Assembly (NCBI GenBank): GCA_030390025.1
Contig: CM059431.1
Span: forward strand, 148,616,001 to 148,680,000
DNA: 64,000 bases
Direction: 5' to 3'
Origin: Squalus acanthias
Lineage: Eukaryota
Shown here: positions 37,460 to 48,479 of the stretch, one piece after another
Position numbering within the stretch: the first letter of the stretch is position 1
Layout of the letters: each line of letters opens with the position of its first letter
Position numbers and translations under genes: made by a program
The notes under the pieces: generated by a model
What the model was told of the DNA's origin: nothing
Seen by the model: only the letters and a program-made list of their open reading frames with translations
The model's database searches: none

Positions 37460-37790
37460 ATTCCCCTGGCTGGGGAGTCTAAAACGAGAGGTCATAGTCA
37501 CAGAATAAGGGGTCGGCCATTTAGGACTGAAATCCGACGAGATTTCTTCACTCAGAGGGTGATGAATCTTTGGAAATCTCGACCCCAGAGGACGATGGAG
37601 GTTCAGTCGTTAAGTATATTTAATATAGAGATTGATAGATTTTTGGATATTAAGGGAATCAAGGGATATGGGGACAGTGCAGGAAAGTGCTGGTGAGGTA
37701 GAAAATCTGCCATGATCTTATTAAATGGCGGCGCAAGCTTGAAGAGCCGAATGGCCTTCTCCTGCTCCTATTCCTTACGTTCTTATTTCT
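37460..37790 (+). mobile_element. CR1 3' fragment
   Basis: ttcccctggctggggagtcta...ttcttcactcagagggt...cctgctcctattccttacgttctta. Confidence 0.88.
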
Positions 37791-37830
37791 TCTTATCTGG
37801 AGTGGAACTGCCTGTTGTATAATTGCAACA

Positions 37831-38108
37831 GCCTATACTAAAGGTGCTGCGTAATGGTGTGATTCGGTCCCAGTCACTGATTGCCCTCTAGTACCTTGCC
37901 AAGTGGTAATTCTGAGCTGCGAGCCTATACCGAATTTGCAGCGTGATGGTGGGGTTCGGTCCCAGTCACTGTTTGCCCTCCACTACCTTGCCAATTGGTA
38001 ATCCTGAGCTGCGAGCCTATACTGAATGTGTTGCATGATGATGGGATTCGGCCCCTGTCACTGTTTGCCCTCCAGTACCTTGCCAAGTGGTAATTCTGAG
38101 CTATGAGC
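37831..38108. repeat. 92-bp tandem repeat, 3 copies
   Basis: gcctata at 37831, 37923, 38015; shared ttcgg.ccc.gtcactg.ttgccctc...taccttgccaa.tggtaat.ctgagct. Confidence 0.92.
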
Positions 38109-38509
38109 GTGTACAGCAAGCTGTCAACATTTCTACCATGGGGATCAGCACAGCCTTTCAGCAAGTGTATTCCAGGACATAACAGCACGATGAGTAAACC
38201 TTTTCCCCTCTTGTCACCTCCGGTCACAGAGATAGGGAGAGACGAGGCTATAAAGGGATTCGAACAAGAGGATGAGAATTCTACAATCTGAATCCACCAG
38301 CCGTCTCTCCCAGTACAAAATGTGTCTCACTACTAACAGGAAGGATTTTACTTTAACTCCTAAAGATGCAGAAAGGTGAGACAGTATTCCTCTCAATATT
38401 ACAAATAGATGCATAATGAGGGGAAATCAATCTCTGTACCTTTAACTGACAGCGACATGGAAAGAGAGAAATGAATGACCTTTAAACAACTGGTCGATAA
38501 TCCATGACA

Positions 38510-39422
38510 AAAAGAACAGTCACTTGGACAAGTGTGGATTAATGAAAGAAACCCAGCACTGATTTGTTAAAGGCAAATCGTGTTTAACTAACGTGATTGA
38601 GTTTTTTGATGAGGTAACATAGAGGGTTGATAAGGCCAATGAGGTTGATATGGTGTATATGGATTTCCAAAAGGTGTTTGATAAAATGCCACATAACAGA
38701 AATGCCAGCGAAGGTGAAGCCAGGGGGATAAAGGAAACAGTGCCAGCATGAATACGAAATATATGTGCACAAATCGTTGAATGTGGCAGGGCAGGTTGAG
38801 AATGCGGTAAAAAAAAAACACATATGGGATCCTGGGCTTCATAAATAGAGGCAAAGCACTGTTTCGGCCTCAACAGGAGTATTGTGTCCAATTCTGGTCA
38901 CCGCAATTTAAGAAGGATGATGAGGCCTCAGCGAGGGTGCAGAAAAGATTTACGAGAATGATTCCAGGGAAGAGGGACTTCAGTTCCGTGGTTAGACTAG
39001 AGAAGCTGGGGTTATTCTCCTTAGAACAGAGAAGCTTGATAGGAGATTTGATAGATGTTTTCAAATCATGAGGGGTCTGGAGAGAGTAGATAGAGAGAAA
39101 CTGTCCCCTTTGCGGATGCGTCGAGAGCCAGAGGACACAGATTTAAGGTGATTGGCAAAAGAACCATAGGCGACATGAAGAAACACATTTTCACGCAGCG
39201 AGTGGTTATTATCTCTAATGCACTGCCTGAAAGGATGGTGGAGCCAGATTCAATCGTGGCTTTCAAATGAGAATTGGATAAACAACAGTAGGAAAACAAA
39301 TGCTGGACTGGAGGGAAAGAGCGGGGGAGTGGGACTAGCTGAAGTGCTCTTGCAAAGAGCCGTCACGGGATCGACGGGCCGAATGGCCTCCTTCTGTGCT
39401 GTAACCATTCTATGATTCTATG
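38510..39422 (+). mobile_element. CR1 RT and 3' fragment with internal deletions
   Basis: aaaggcaaatcgtgtttaactaac; atggatttccaaaagg; tail gctgtaaccattctatgattctatg, same subfamily as 1368-2258. Confidence 0.88.
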
Positions 39423-40004
39423 GTCCACTTGGCACTGAAGTGACTGAAACTCATAATAGGAAATCCAGGAAAACACAATACAAACAAATGTTAAACTGTT
39501 TCCTTGACAAACGAAATCTCAATTTAACCTTTAAACGATAAATTGTTTAACAAGGGTTCACACTGACTCACCTGACTGTCCGACTCAAGCACCGCGATTG
39601 GTTGCTGAAAAAAACTGTTCCCTTGACCTTCCGGCCTCTTAGGTCTCTTCCTGTTGGTTACCAGGGCAATCGATCACCACTCGCCAACATTACGCTGCCA
39701 GATGAGGTTCAGGGACTCAGAAGAAGAACATAAATGAGGCCTTGAATCTGAGTTGAGAAATACAATTCGAGAAGCATGATTTAATTCATAAACTAAACCA
39801 TTTAATATACGTCTTCTGTGCCAAGTGCGAAACAAGTGATATCTGGGGCTGTGCAGGAGTGTTTGCGCCTGGTTACACTGCGTGATCGATGCTCTCCACT
39901 CCAAGTGCACTTCTTTCAGCTCACGGTCTCATTCACACATCCAACTGATTGGATTAACCTCGCCCTTCTAAACCCATCACAGAAATAGCATTATTTGTTA
40001 TTTT

Positions 40005-40392
40005 GCCTTGCTAAACCTTTATAAAATACTGGTTAATCCTCAGCTGGAGAATTGTGTTCAATTCTGTGCGCAACACTTTCGGAAGGATGTCAAGGCCTTA
40101 GAGAGGGTGCAGAGAAGATTTACTAGAATGGTACCAGTGATGGGAGACTTTGTTTGTGTGGATAAACTGAAGCATCTTATTGCATGTCGGAGCTGCATCG
40201 AGGTGATGTATGATCTACTCTTTCTCTTATTTCTTATGTTATTAAGCTGGGGTAGTTCTCCTTAGAGCGGAAAAGTTTAAGAGGAGATTTAATAGATTAG
40301 AAAACAAGCAGAAACTGTTTCCACAGGCAGAAGGGTCTGTAACAGGAGGACCCAGATTTAAGGAGATTGGCAAAAGAACCACAGGTGACGTT
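40005..40392 (+). mobile_element. CR1 fragment
   Basis: LYKILVNPQLENCVQF...ALERVQRRFTRMVP. Confidence 0.8.
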
Positions 40393-40999
40393 AAATGAGG
40401 CAGGGCCTGTGTGAAACCCGTTCTCCCAGGTTTCCCCCCCGTTTTACCAGCGACTCTCCCCGCTTGCCCCCAACCTACCAAAGTATTAAAATTCAGGCCG
40501 TTAACTCTGTTTCTCTCTCTGACACCGCCCCCCCAGCCCCCACCCACAGATACTGCATGATCTGCTCAGCATATGCAGCACTTTTCTCTCTTTATTTCAG
40601 GTTTCCAGCCTCTGCAGAATTTTGCATTTGTTTTATTGCAGGCGTCGATCGCAGAACCGAGCCTGGAATCACAGGCGGACCAATTAAGTGCCGGTTTGCC
40701 CCAGGGTGAGCGTTGGATGCAGAAGTCGGTCCCTGGCCTCCCGTGAAGGTCTTTTTTGTTGCATCAGTTTGAGCTGGACTGGAGATGGGTGAGAAGCTGC
40801 TGGTTTTAACGCCGGGTACCTTTGAGCCCAGTGGGGCCCAACAATTTCCAATGTGAGAGTGGCAAAGGGGGTAGATACTTGGGGAGATTAGGTTGTTAAA
40901 CAGACACTGCCCCTAAAATGTAAGAGGTTATTGTTTTAGTAACAAGTATTTCTGTAGAGGCTTATAATCCATTTTACATGTCCAGATTTTTTTAATTAA

Positions 41000-41490
41000 T
41001 TATTGGGATGTGGGCATCGCTGACAAGGCCAGCATTTATTGCCCATCCATAATTGCCCTTAAGAAAGTGCTGGTGTGCTCCTTCTTGAATCGCTGCAGTC
41101 CTTGTGGTGTAGGTGCTCCCACAGTGCTGTTAGGGAGGGAGTTCCAGGATTTTGACCCAGCGACGATGAAGGAACAGCGATATACTTCTAAGTCAGGATG
41201 GTGTGTGACTTGGATGGAAGCTTGGATGTGATGGTGTTCCCATTCACCTGCTGCCATTGTGTTCTAGGTGGTGGAGGTCGCTGATTTGGGAGGTGCTGTC
41301 AAATTTCTGGTGAAGTTGCACATGTACAATGTCCCTCGACTTCGCCCACTCCCACCTTTCTGTCTCTGTTCCCATAGAGGCCAGAGTCATGTGTAGGCCC
41401 TGACCGGGTGACGGGTTCCCTTCCCTGAAGGACATTAGTGAACCAGTTGAGTTTTATGACAATCGGCAGCTTTCATGTTCATTTTTTTCT
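41000..41490 (-). mobile_element. CR1/L2-group LINE 3' end (41000-41325) plus SINE core fragment (41385-41490)
   Basis: Reverse complement of 11030-11345; ttcccttccctgaaggacattagtgaaccag SINE core. Confidence 0.8.
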
Positions 41491-41713
41491 CGTGTCGACC
41501 CCACACATTCCCAGACTCATTAAGCTCAATTTCACAACATGCCCTTGGCCTTCTGTGGGTTCACTCTCACGCTCCCTTTTTCCTGTTTTAAATTAATTTT
41601 ACAGGGTGTTCGAAGAGGAAGATTTGCAGTCAGGAAGCTCAATCTAAACATCAGGTCAAGATCTGACAGAGTCAATCGATTCATCGGGTCCTGAATATCT
41701 GCAGCCTTTGAAT

Positions 41714-42161
41714 ATGGAAGCAAAAAGCACCGCTCTCAGTGTGCAGAAACCGTGCACGTGTTTTGTGTTTGAACGAGGATTCAGCCGACCCACTGACCTG
41801 TCGAGACACAAGTGCAGTCACACTGGAGAGAGTCCGTTCAACTGCTCCGTTTGTAGGAATGGATTCACTCAGTCACCCACCCTGCTGACACACCAGCGGG
41901 TTCACACTGGTGAGCGGCCGTTCAGCTGCTCCGTGTGTGGGAAGGGATTCACTCAGTCACCCACACTGCTGACACACCAGCGGGTTCACACTGGAGAGGC
42001 CGTTCACCTTCTCCGTGTGCGGAAATGGATTCACTCAGTCATACAACTTGCTGAGACCCTAGCGAGTTCACACTGGGGAGAGGCCGTTCACCTATTCTGA
42101 ATGTGGGGAGGGGTTAATTTCTACATGCAGCCAGCTAACACAACAGCGAGTACACAACTGA
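41714..42161 (+). pseudogene. C2H2 zinc-finger pseudogene (~5 fingers, 2 intact)
   Basis: [27 protein letters not shown] repeats; finger 1 lacks 2nd Cys; frameshift at ~41995, stop at ~42060; acceptor ttttacag at 41604; AATAAA at 42307. Confidence 0.88.
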
Positions 42162-42944
42162 CATCAGAGGTTGGATTCTGCTGTTATTGCTGTTGTTACT
42201 CACATCCAAGACCGAACAATGTTCACTCTGACAGTTGGGGTTTGTTTCTGCTGATGTTAGAAACCCCTGTAACTGGGCAGAAGTTTAATATTCTGTATAA
42301 ATTTCAAATAAATCATTTGTTTTAAACACATCATTGTAGATTGTCGTCTTTCCCACCTGGATATTTAGCATCACCTGGCTGGAGCTCAGAAAGGACAATC
42401 TGGGGGGAGGATCGCACGGCGGGTACAGAACTTCAGTTTGGACAAATTCCTTCAAGTCCACACTGAGAGGGGCATACGGCACTTTGGTCTTTCTCGTCTC
42501 TCTTCACTGACAGCAAAATCCCCATGTGGTTTAATCTTGAGGCGTGTAAGAAATGTGTCCCAGCCGCTCTCTTCCATGGTTCAGAGCTCCTAGGCACGGA
42601 ACAGAACCCTCCATTACAGCTGTGTTTAGAGTCAGGAAGAACAACGGTGAATGCTGTACACGTGCTGTCAAATCAGAGATTGATGTAAAATTGCGATCTG
42701 TTCCTGAGTTAAAGTGAAACGGCAGGTTTCAGTTTCCAGTCTAAAAATGATGTTAATCTTCCATGAAGATTTAATATATTTGTGTGACAGTCCTGGGACT
42801 ACCATTTTAAGGCAGGTGTTAGCTCATTTAACATAAACTCATTTCAATTTGCTTATAGTCTGCATTAACATAGCAGAGTGGAGAGTTTACAGCTGCCTGT
42901 TTACTGTTTGTACAATTATAGAACAGACATTTGATCTCCAGCTG

Positions 42945-43837
42945 AAGAAGGACCTGCATCGGATTTCAGCCCAACTGGTCTGTGCCGGTGTTTATGCTCC
43001 ATTCAAGCCTCACCCATCACTCTTCTTCTAAACTAATTTGCACAATAAAATATTCCTTTCTCCCTTATGTGTTTATCGAGCTTCTCCTTAAATGCATCTA
43101 TGTTATTCGCCTCAACTACTCCCTGTGGTACCGAATTCCACATTCTCACCACTAGCAGAAAGTTTCTCCTGAATTCCCTATTGGATTTACTAATGACAAT
43201 CTTATATTGATGGCCTCTAGATTTTGACTTCCACAAGTGAAAACATTTTCATCAAGACCACCCTTTTTCATAATCTTAAATAGCTCTACCAGGTCACCCA
43301 TCAGCCTTCTCTTTTTTCAGGTGAAAAGAGCACAGCCTGTTCAGCCTTTCCTGATAAGTATATCCTCTCAGAACCAATATCATCCTTGCTAATATTTCTA
43401 CCACCTTCTCCAGTGCCTCTATTTCAAATGGAACAGCGGAGGCTGAGGGGAGACGTAATTGAGGTGTATATAATTATGAGGGCACTAGATAGAGTTGATA
43501 TGAAGGACCTATTTCCCTTAGCTGAAGTGTCAATACCAAGGGGGCCTGGATTTAACCTAATTGGTCGGAAGTTTAGGGGGGAGTTAAGGAGAAATGTTTT
43601 CACCCAGATAATGGTGGGGGTCTGGACCTCAATGTGTGAAAGAGTGGTAGAGGCAGAGAACCCCATCACTTTTGAAAAGTACTTGGATATGCATTTGAAG
43701 CGCCATAAACTACAAGGCTACGGACCAAGTGTTGGAAAGTTCAATTAAGGTGGATAGCTCTTTGTCGGCAGCACGGACACGATGGGCCGAATGGCCTCCT
43801 TCTTTGCTGTAAATTTCTATGCTTCTGTGATTCTATG
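42945..43837. mobile_element. Two CR1 3' fragments joined back-to-back (minus 42945-~43420; plus ~43425-43837)
   Basis: Minus: RGHQYKI...VRMWNSVP; plus: EQRRLRGDVIEVY...FTQIMVGVW, tail ttctgtgattctatga. Confidence 0.82.
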
Positions 43838-44150
43838 ACTGTTGAGGGAGCCTTACCCTGAATCTAACTCGTGCTATGCCTGCCCCGGGTGTATTTGATG
43901 GGACAGTGCAGACGGAGCAGTAATATAGAGAGACACCAGCAGAGGGGGCAGGGAGAGGTATTTAACTGAGTGAGCAGTGATACATAGAGACAACATCAGA
44001 GGGAAATAGATCAAGTTGAGACTGGGCACTGTGATACAGAGAGACCCCAGCAGAGGGAGATAGATAAAGGTGAGACTGAGTGCTGTGCTACGGAGATATA
44101 ATTGAGAGGTCGCACAACACCAGGTTATAGTCCAACAGTTTTATTTGAAA

Positions 44151-44188
44151 TCACAAGCTTTCGGAGCTATCGCTCCTTCCTCAGGTGA
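44151..44188 (-). ncRNA. Minimal type I hammerhead ribozyme (3' pseudo-LTR)
   Basis: RNA UCAC-CUGAGGA-A-GGAGC-GAUA-GCUCC-GAA-AGCU-U-GUGA: CUGAnGA/GAA core, 5-bp stem II, palindromic AGCU stem III, UCAC/GUGA stem I. Confidence 0.85.
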
Positions 44189-44520
44189 AGTAAATTGGAT
44201 ACAGAATCGCCAGAGCATATATAGATGGAAAAAAAAGCATGTGTACTTTACAATTGCAGACCAATAAATTAAATCATCCTGACTATCTGCCGAGGTGTGA
44301 TAAAGTTAATTAAGTCAGCCAGGAAGGTACCACATCAAAAGACATAGCAAGATACAACTGAGACAATGAGGTGTAGTCGCAGGGGTTCCAACGTGTCAAA
44401 AGCTGCCGCCTGTATGTAAAACGAAAAGCTTTAAAAAAAATTACTTTTTTACTGGGAAAATTTTTACTTTTTTACTGGGAATCACATCTGTGAACAAGCT
44501 AACGACGACTTGAGTCCGGA

Positions 44521-47199
44521 TCACGTCATGTATCGTGACATAAACCCAAGATCCCGATTGAGACCGTCTTCATGAGTGCGGAACTTGGCTATCAGTTTCT
44601 GCTCGATGATTTTGCGTTGTCGTGTGTTTCTAAGGTTGCCTTGGAGAACGCTTACCCGCAGATCCGAGGCTGAATGTCCTTGACTGCTGAAGTGTTCTCC
44701 GACTGGGAGGTAACAATCCTGCCTGGCGATTGTTGCGCGGTGCTCGTTCATACGTTGTCTCAGTGTCTGCATGGTCTCGCCGATGTACCATGCCGCGGTG
44801 CATTCTTTCCTGCAACGTATGAGGTAGACAACGTTGGCCGAGTCACATGAGTATGTACCATGTACCTGGTGGGTAGTGTCCTCACGTGTGATGGTGGTAT
44901 CTGTGTTGATGATCTGGCATGTCTTGCAGAGTTTGCCATGGCAGGGTTGTGTGGTGTCGTGGTCGCTGTTATCCTGAAAGCTGGGTAATTTGCTGCGAAC
45001 GATGGTACTTCTGAGGTTAGGCGGCTGTTTGAAGGCAAGTAGTGGAGGCGTGGGGATGGCCTTAGCGAGGTGTTTGTCGTCATCGATGACATGTTGAAGG
45101 CTGCGAAGAACATGTCGTAGTTTCTCCGCTCCGGGGAAGTACTGGACGACGTAGGGTACCCTGTTGGTTGTGTCCCGTGTTTGCCTTCTGAGGAGGTCTA
45201 TGCGATTTTTCGCTGTGGCCCGTCGGAACTGTCGATCGATGAGTCGAGCGTCATATCCCGTTCTTACGAGGGCGTTTTTCAGCGTCCGTAGGTGTCCATC
45301 GCGTTCCTCCTCGTCTGAGCAGATCCTGTGTATTCGCAGGGCTTGTCCATAGGGGATGGCTTCTTTAACATGGTTAGGGTGGAAGCTGGAGAAGTGGAGC
45401 ATCGTGAGGTTGTCCGTGGGCTTGCGGTAGAGTGAAGTGCTGAGGTGTCCGTCTTTGATGGAGATTCGTGTGTCCAGGAATGAGACCGATTCTGAGGAGT
45501 AGTCCATGGTGAGTTTGATGGTGGGATGGAACTTGTTTATGTTATCGTGTAGTCTTTTCAGTGATCCTTCGCCATGGGTCCAAAGGAAGAAAATGTCGTC
45601 GATGTATCTGGTGTACAGCGTTGGCTGGAGGTCCTGTGCAGCGAAGAAGTCTTGCTCGAACTTGTGCATGAAGATGTTGGCGTATTGGGGTGCGAATTTG
45701 GTCCCCATGGCTGTTCCGTGTGTTTGGGTAAAAAAATGGTTGTCGAAGGTGAAGACATTGTGGTCAAGGATGAAGCGGATGAGTTGTAGGATGGCGTCTG
45801 GAGATTGGCTGTTGTTGATGTTGAGTACTGAGGCTGTTGCAGCGATGCCGTCATCGTGGGGGATACTGGAGTAGAGTGCCGATACGTCCATCGTGGCAAG
45901 GAGTGTTCCTGGTTCAACTGGTCCGTGGGTGCTGAGTTTCTGTAAGAAGTCTGTAGTGTCGCGACAGAAGCTGGGGGTTCCCTGTACGATGGGTTTCAGA
46001 ATGCCCTCGACGTATCCAGAGAGGTTCTCACACAGGGTTCCATTGCCTGATACGATAGGACGTCCGGGTGTGTTGGCTTTGTGTATCTTTGGGAGGCAGT
46101 AGAAGTCTCCCACGCGGGGAGTACGTGGGATGAGAGCGCGTAGGATGTTTTGAAGGTCTGGATCGAAGGTCTTGATCAGTCTATTGAGTTGGCGGGTGTG
46201 TTCTTTGGTCGGATCTGCGGGTAGCTGTCTGTAGTGTTCCTGGTTGTCCAGTTGTCGGTATGCTTCTTTACAATAGTCCGTTCTGTTCTGTATGACGATG
46301 GCTCCTCCTTTGTCCGCTGGTTTGATGACAATGTTGCGGTTGGTCTTGAGAGCGTGGATGGCGTTGCGTTGTGCTCGGGTGACATTCTGGACTGTCTTGT
46401 GAGTGCGGCTGATGAATCTGGCGTTGATGCATTTCCTGACAGCTTGAGCATACATGTCAAGCTTGGGGCAGCGACCCTCCGGAGGGGTCCAGTTTGACTC
46501 TTTTTTCTTCGGTTGCTGCACTGCGAGTCCCTCTGTCTGCTGTTCTGGATCATTGATTGTCTCATTGGGTTTGTTGCTGACATCTTGGGATTTGTGGAAG
46601 TATTCCCGGAGCCTCATTCTCCTGATGAATTCCTCCGTGTCTGCCGCGAGACCGATGGGGTCCATTTTGGTGGTTGGGCAGAACTTGAGCCCTAGGGCGA
46701 GAACTTCGATTTCGTCTGGTTGAAGGGTATGGTCGGACAAGTTGACGATGGACTTCCCTGTGGTTGCAGCCGTGGTACCGGGGGAGGCTTGGTTGCTGCT
46801 GGTGGTGATGCCGAGTTTCTCAAGCTTCCTGTTCTTGATGCGCATGTAGGCAGCGTAGTTCCGTTGCCTCGTCTGTTTGGTGGTGTCTCGTAACTGGTCT
46901 GCTGTGTCCTGAGCACAGGCTGAGAGCATGGACTCTATCTTGGTTTCGAGGTTGTGGCGTTTGCTGTAGAGCTGGTGTACGAGATGGTTGAGGAGTGTGC
47001 GAGAGGTACGACGGCAGAGTCTCTCAGCGTAGTCTGTGTTGTATGTCGACTTGAGTGGGTTCGTGATCTGTAGTCCTTTCGGGATCTTGTCTGCTTTCTT
47101 GCATCTCTGTAGATACTTGATGTCGGTGTCGATATGCGCGATCTTCTTGGCGATTCTCTCCACTTTGAGCCGGCAGTTTGTGGTGTCGATAGTGGTCAT
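44521..47199 (-). CDS. Penelope-like reverse transcriptase plus GIY-YIG endonuclease (892 aa from first ATG; open frame extends to 47271)
   Basis: IKPADKGGA, FYCLPKIHK..PGRPIVS, MDVSALY, GTAMGTKFAP, RYIDDIF, FLD, YRKPT; C-terminal C..C..C, VVYLIRC...YIGET...RMNEH...EHF; no stops. Confidence 0.96.
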   Translation of the reverse strand: MTTIDTTNCRLKVERIAKKIAHIDTDIKYLQRCKKADKIPKGLQITNPLKSTYNTDYAERLCRRTSRTLLNHLVHQLYSKRHNLETKIESMLSACAQDTADQLRDTTKQTRQRNYAAYMRIKNRKLEKLGITTSSNQASPGTTAATTGKSIVNLSDHTLQPDEIEVLALGLKFCPTTKMDPIGLAADTEEFIRRMRLREYFHKSQDVSNKPNETINDPEQQTEGLAVQQPKKKESNWTPPEGRCPKLDMYAQAVRKCINARFISRTHKTVQNVTRAQRNAIHALKTNRNIVIKPADKGGAIVIQNRTDYCKEAYRQLDNQEHYRQLPADPTKEHTRQLNRLIKTFDPDLQNILRALIPRTPRVGDFYCLPKIHKANTPGRPIVSGNGTLCENLSGYVEGILKPIVQGTPSFCRDTTDFLQKLSTHGPVEPGTLLATMDVSALYSSIPHDDGIAATASVLNINNSQSPDAILQLIRFILDHNVFTFDNHFFTQTHGTAMGTKFAPQYANIFMHKFEQDFFAAQDLQPTLYTRYIDDIFFLWTHGEGSLKRLHDNINKFHPTIKLTMDYSSESVSFLDTRISIKDGHLSTSLYRKPTDNLTMLHFSSFHPNHVKEAIPYGQALRIHRICSDEEERDGHLRTLKNALVRTGYDARLIDRQFRRATAKNRIDLLRRQTRDTTNRVPYVVQYFPGAEKLRHVLRSLQHVIDDDKHLAKAIPTPPLLAFKQPPNLRSTIVRSKLPSFQDNSDHDTTQPCHGKLCKTCQIINTDTTITREDTTHQVHGTYSCDSANVVYLIRCRKECTAAWYIGETMQTLRQRMNEHRATIARQDCYLPVGEHFSSQGHSASDLRVSVLQGNLRNTRQRKIIEQKLIAKFRTHEDGLNRDLGFMSRYMT

Positions 47200-47286
47200 G
47201 ATGCGGAGATGCCGGTGTTGGACTGGGGTGGACAAAATTGAGAGGTCGCACAACACCAGGTTATAGTCCAACAGTTTTATTTGAAA

Positions 47287-47324
47287 TCACAAGCTTTCGG
47301 AGCTATCGCTCCTTCCTCAGGTGA
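47287..47324 (-). ncRNA. Minimal type I hammerhead ribozyme (5' pseudo-LTR)
   Basis: Identical to 44151-44188. Confidence 0.85.
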
Positions 47325-47925
47325 AGTAAATTGGATACAGAATCGCCAGAGCATATATAGATGGAAAAAAAAGCATGTGTACTTTACAATTGCAGACCAA
47401 TAAATTAAATCATCCTGACTATCTGCCGAGGTGTGATAAAGTTAATTAAGTCAGCCAGGAAGGTACCACATCAAAAGACATAGCAAGATACAACTGAGAC
47501 AATGAGGTGTAGTCGCAGGGGTTCCAACGTGTCAAAAGCTGCCGTCTGTATGTAAAACGAAAAGCTTTAAAAAAAAATTACTTTTTTACTGGGAAAATTT
47601 TTACTTTTTTACTGGGAATCACATCTGTGAACAAGCTAACGACGACTTGAGTCCGGATCACGTCATGTATCGTGACATAAACCCAAGATCCCGATTGAGA
47701 CCGTCTTCATGAGTGCGGAACTTGGCTATCAGTTTCTGCTCGATGATTTTGCGTTGTCGTGTGTTTCTAAGGTTGCCTTGGAGAACGCTTACCCGCAAAT
47801 CCGAGGCTGAATGTCCTTGACTGCTGAAGTGTTCCCCGACTGGGAGGTATACAGAGATATACCAGCAGAGGGAGATAGAGATAGGTGAAACTGAGCACTG
47901 TGAAACAGAAAGACACCAGCAGAGA

Positions 47926-48473
47926 CACCTGTAGTATTGTGTACAGTTTTGGTCTCCTTTCCTCATGATGGATATACTTGCCTTAGAGGGAGTGCAACGA
48001 AGATTCACCAGACTGGTTCCTGGGATGGGTGCATTGACCTATGAGGAACGATTGAGTAGACTAGGACTATATTTCGTAGAGATTATTGGAATGAGAGGTG
48101 ATCTCATAAAACATGCAACATTCATATAGCGCTTGACAGGGCATTGCTGGGAGGATGTTTCCCCTGGCTGTGGAGACCAGAACCAAAGGTCACAGTCTCA
48201 GAATAAGGGGTCAGCCATTTAGGACTGATATGAGACATTTCTTCACTCAGAGGGTGGTGAATCTTTGGAATTCTCTCCCCTAGAGAGCTGTGGAGGCTCA
48301 GTCGTTGAGTATATCCAATACAGTGAGCGATAGATTTTTGAATATTAGGGGAATCAAGGGATATGGGGATAGTGCAGGAAAGGAGATGAGGTACGAGATC
48401 AGCCATGATCTTATGGAATGGTGGAGCAGGCTCGAAGGGCCAAATGACCGACTCCTGCTATTATTTCTTATGT
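47926..48473 (+). mobile_element. CR1 3' fragment
   Basis: gtattgtgtacagttttggtctcc...gatcagccatgatctt...atttcttatgtt; its tail is mirrored at 17624-17688. Confidence 0.88.
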
Positions 48474-48479
48474 TGTTTT

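Larger units (their letters stand above)
44101..47849 (-). mobile_element. Young, structurally complete Penelope-like retroelement with direct pseudo-LTRs (44101-44712 and 47237-47849) and 12-bp TSD
   Basis: Terminal repeats differ by about 3 substitutions and 1 indel; upstream repeat includes the ORF 3' end (partial-tandem structure); TSD tacggagatata (44089-44100) / tacagagatata (47850-47861). Confidence 0.95.
43915..47925. repeat. ~54-bp tandem repeat (gagactgagcactgtgatacagagagacaccagcagagggagatag) interrupted by the Penelope element
   Basis: Units at 43915-44100 resume in register at 47850-47925. Confidence 0.8.

Noticed and set aside
44630..47266. Short overlapping and antisense ORFs inside the Penelope ORF
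   Set aside because: Expected shadows of a long coding frame; no motifs
44521..47271. Bacterial retron/group II intron or telomerase interpretation of the RT
   Set aside because: C-terminal GIY-YIG, pseudo-LTRs and hammerheads point to a Penelope-like element
47658..48008. 116-aa ORF ending like the Penelope protein
   Set aside because: Chance read-through from CR1 and satellite into the duplicated ORF end within the pseudo-LTR
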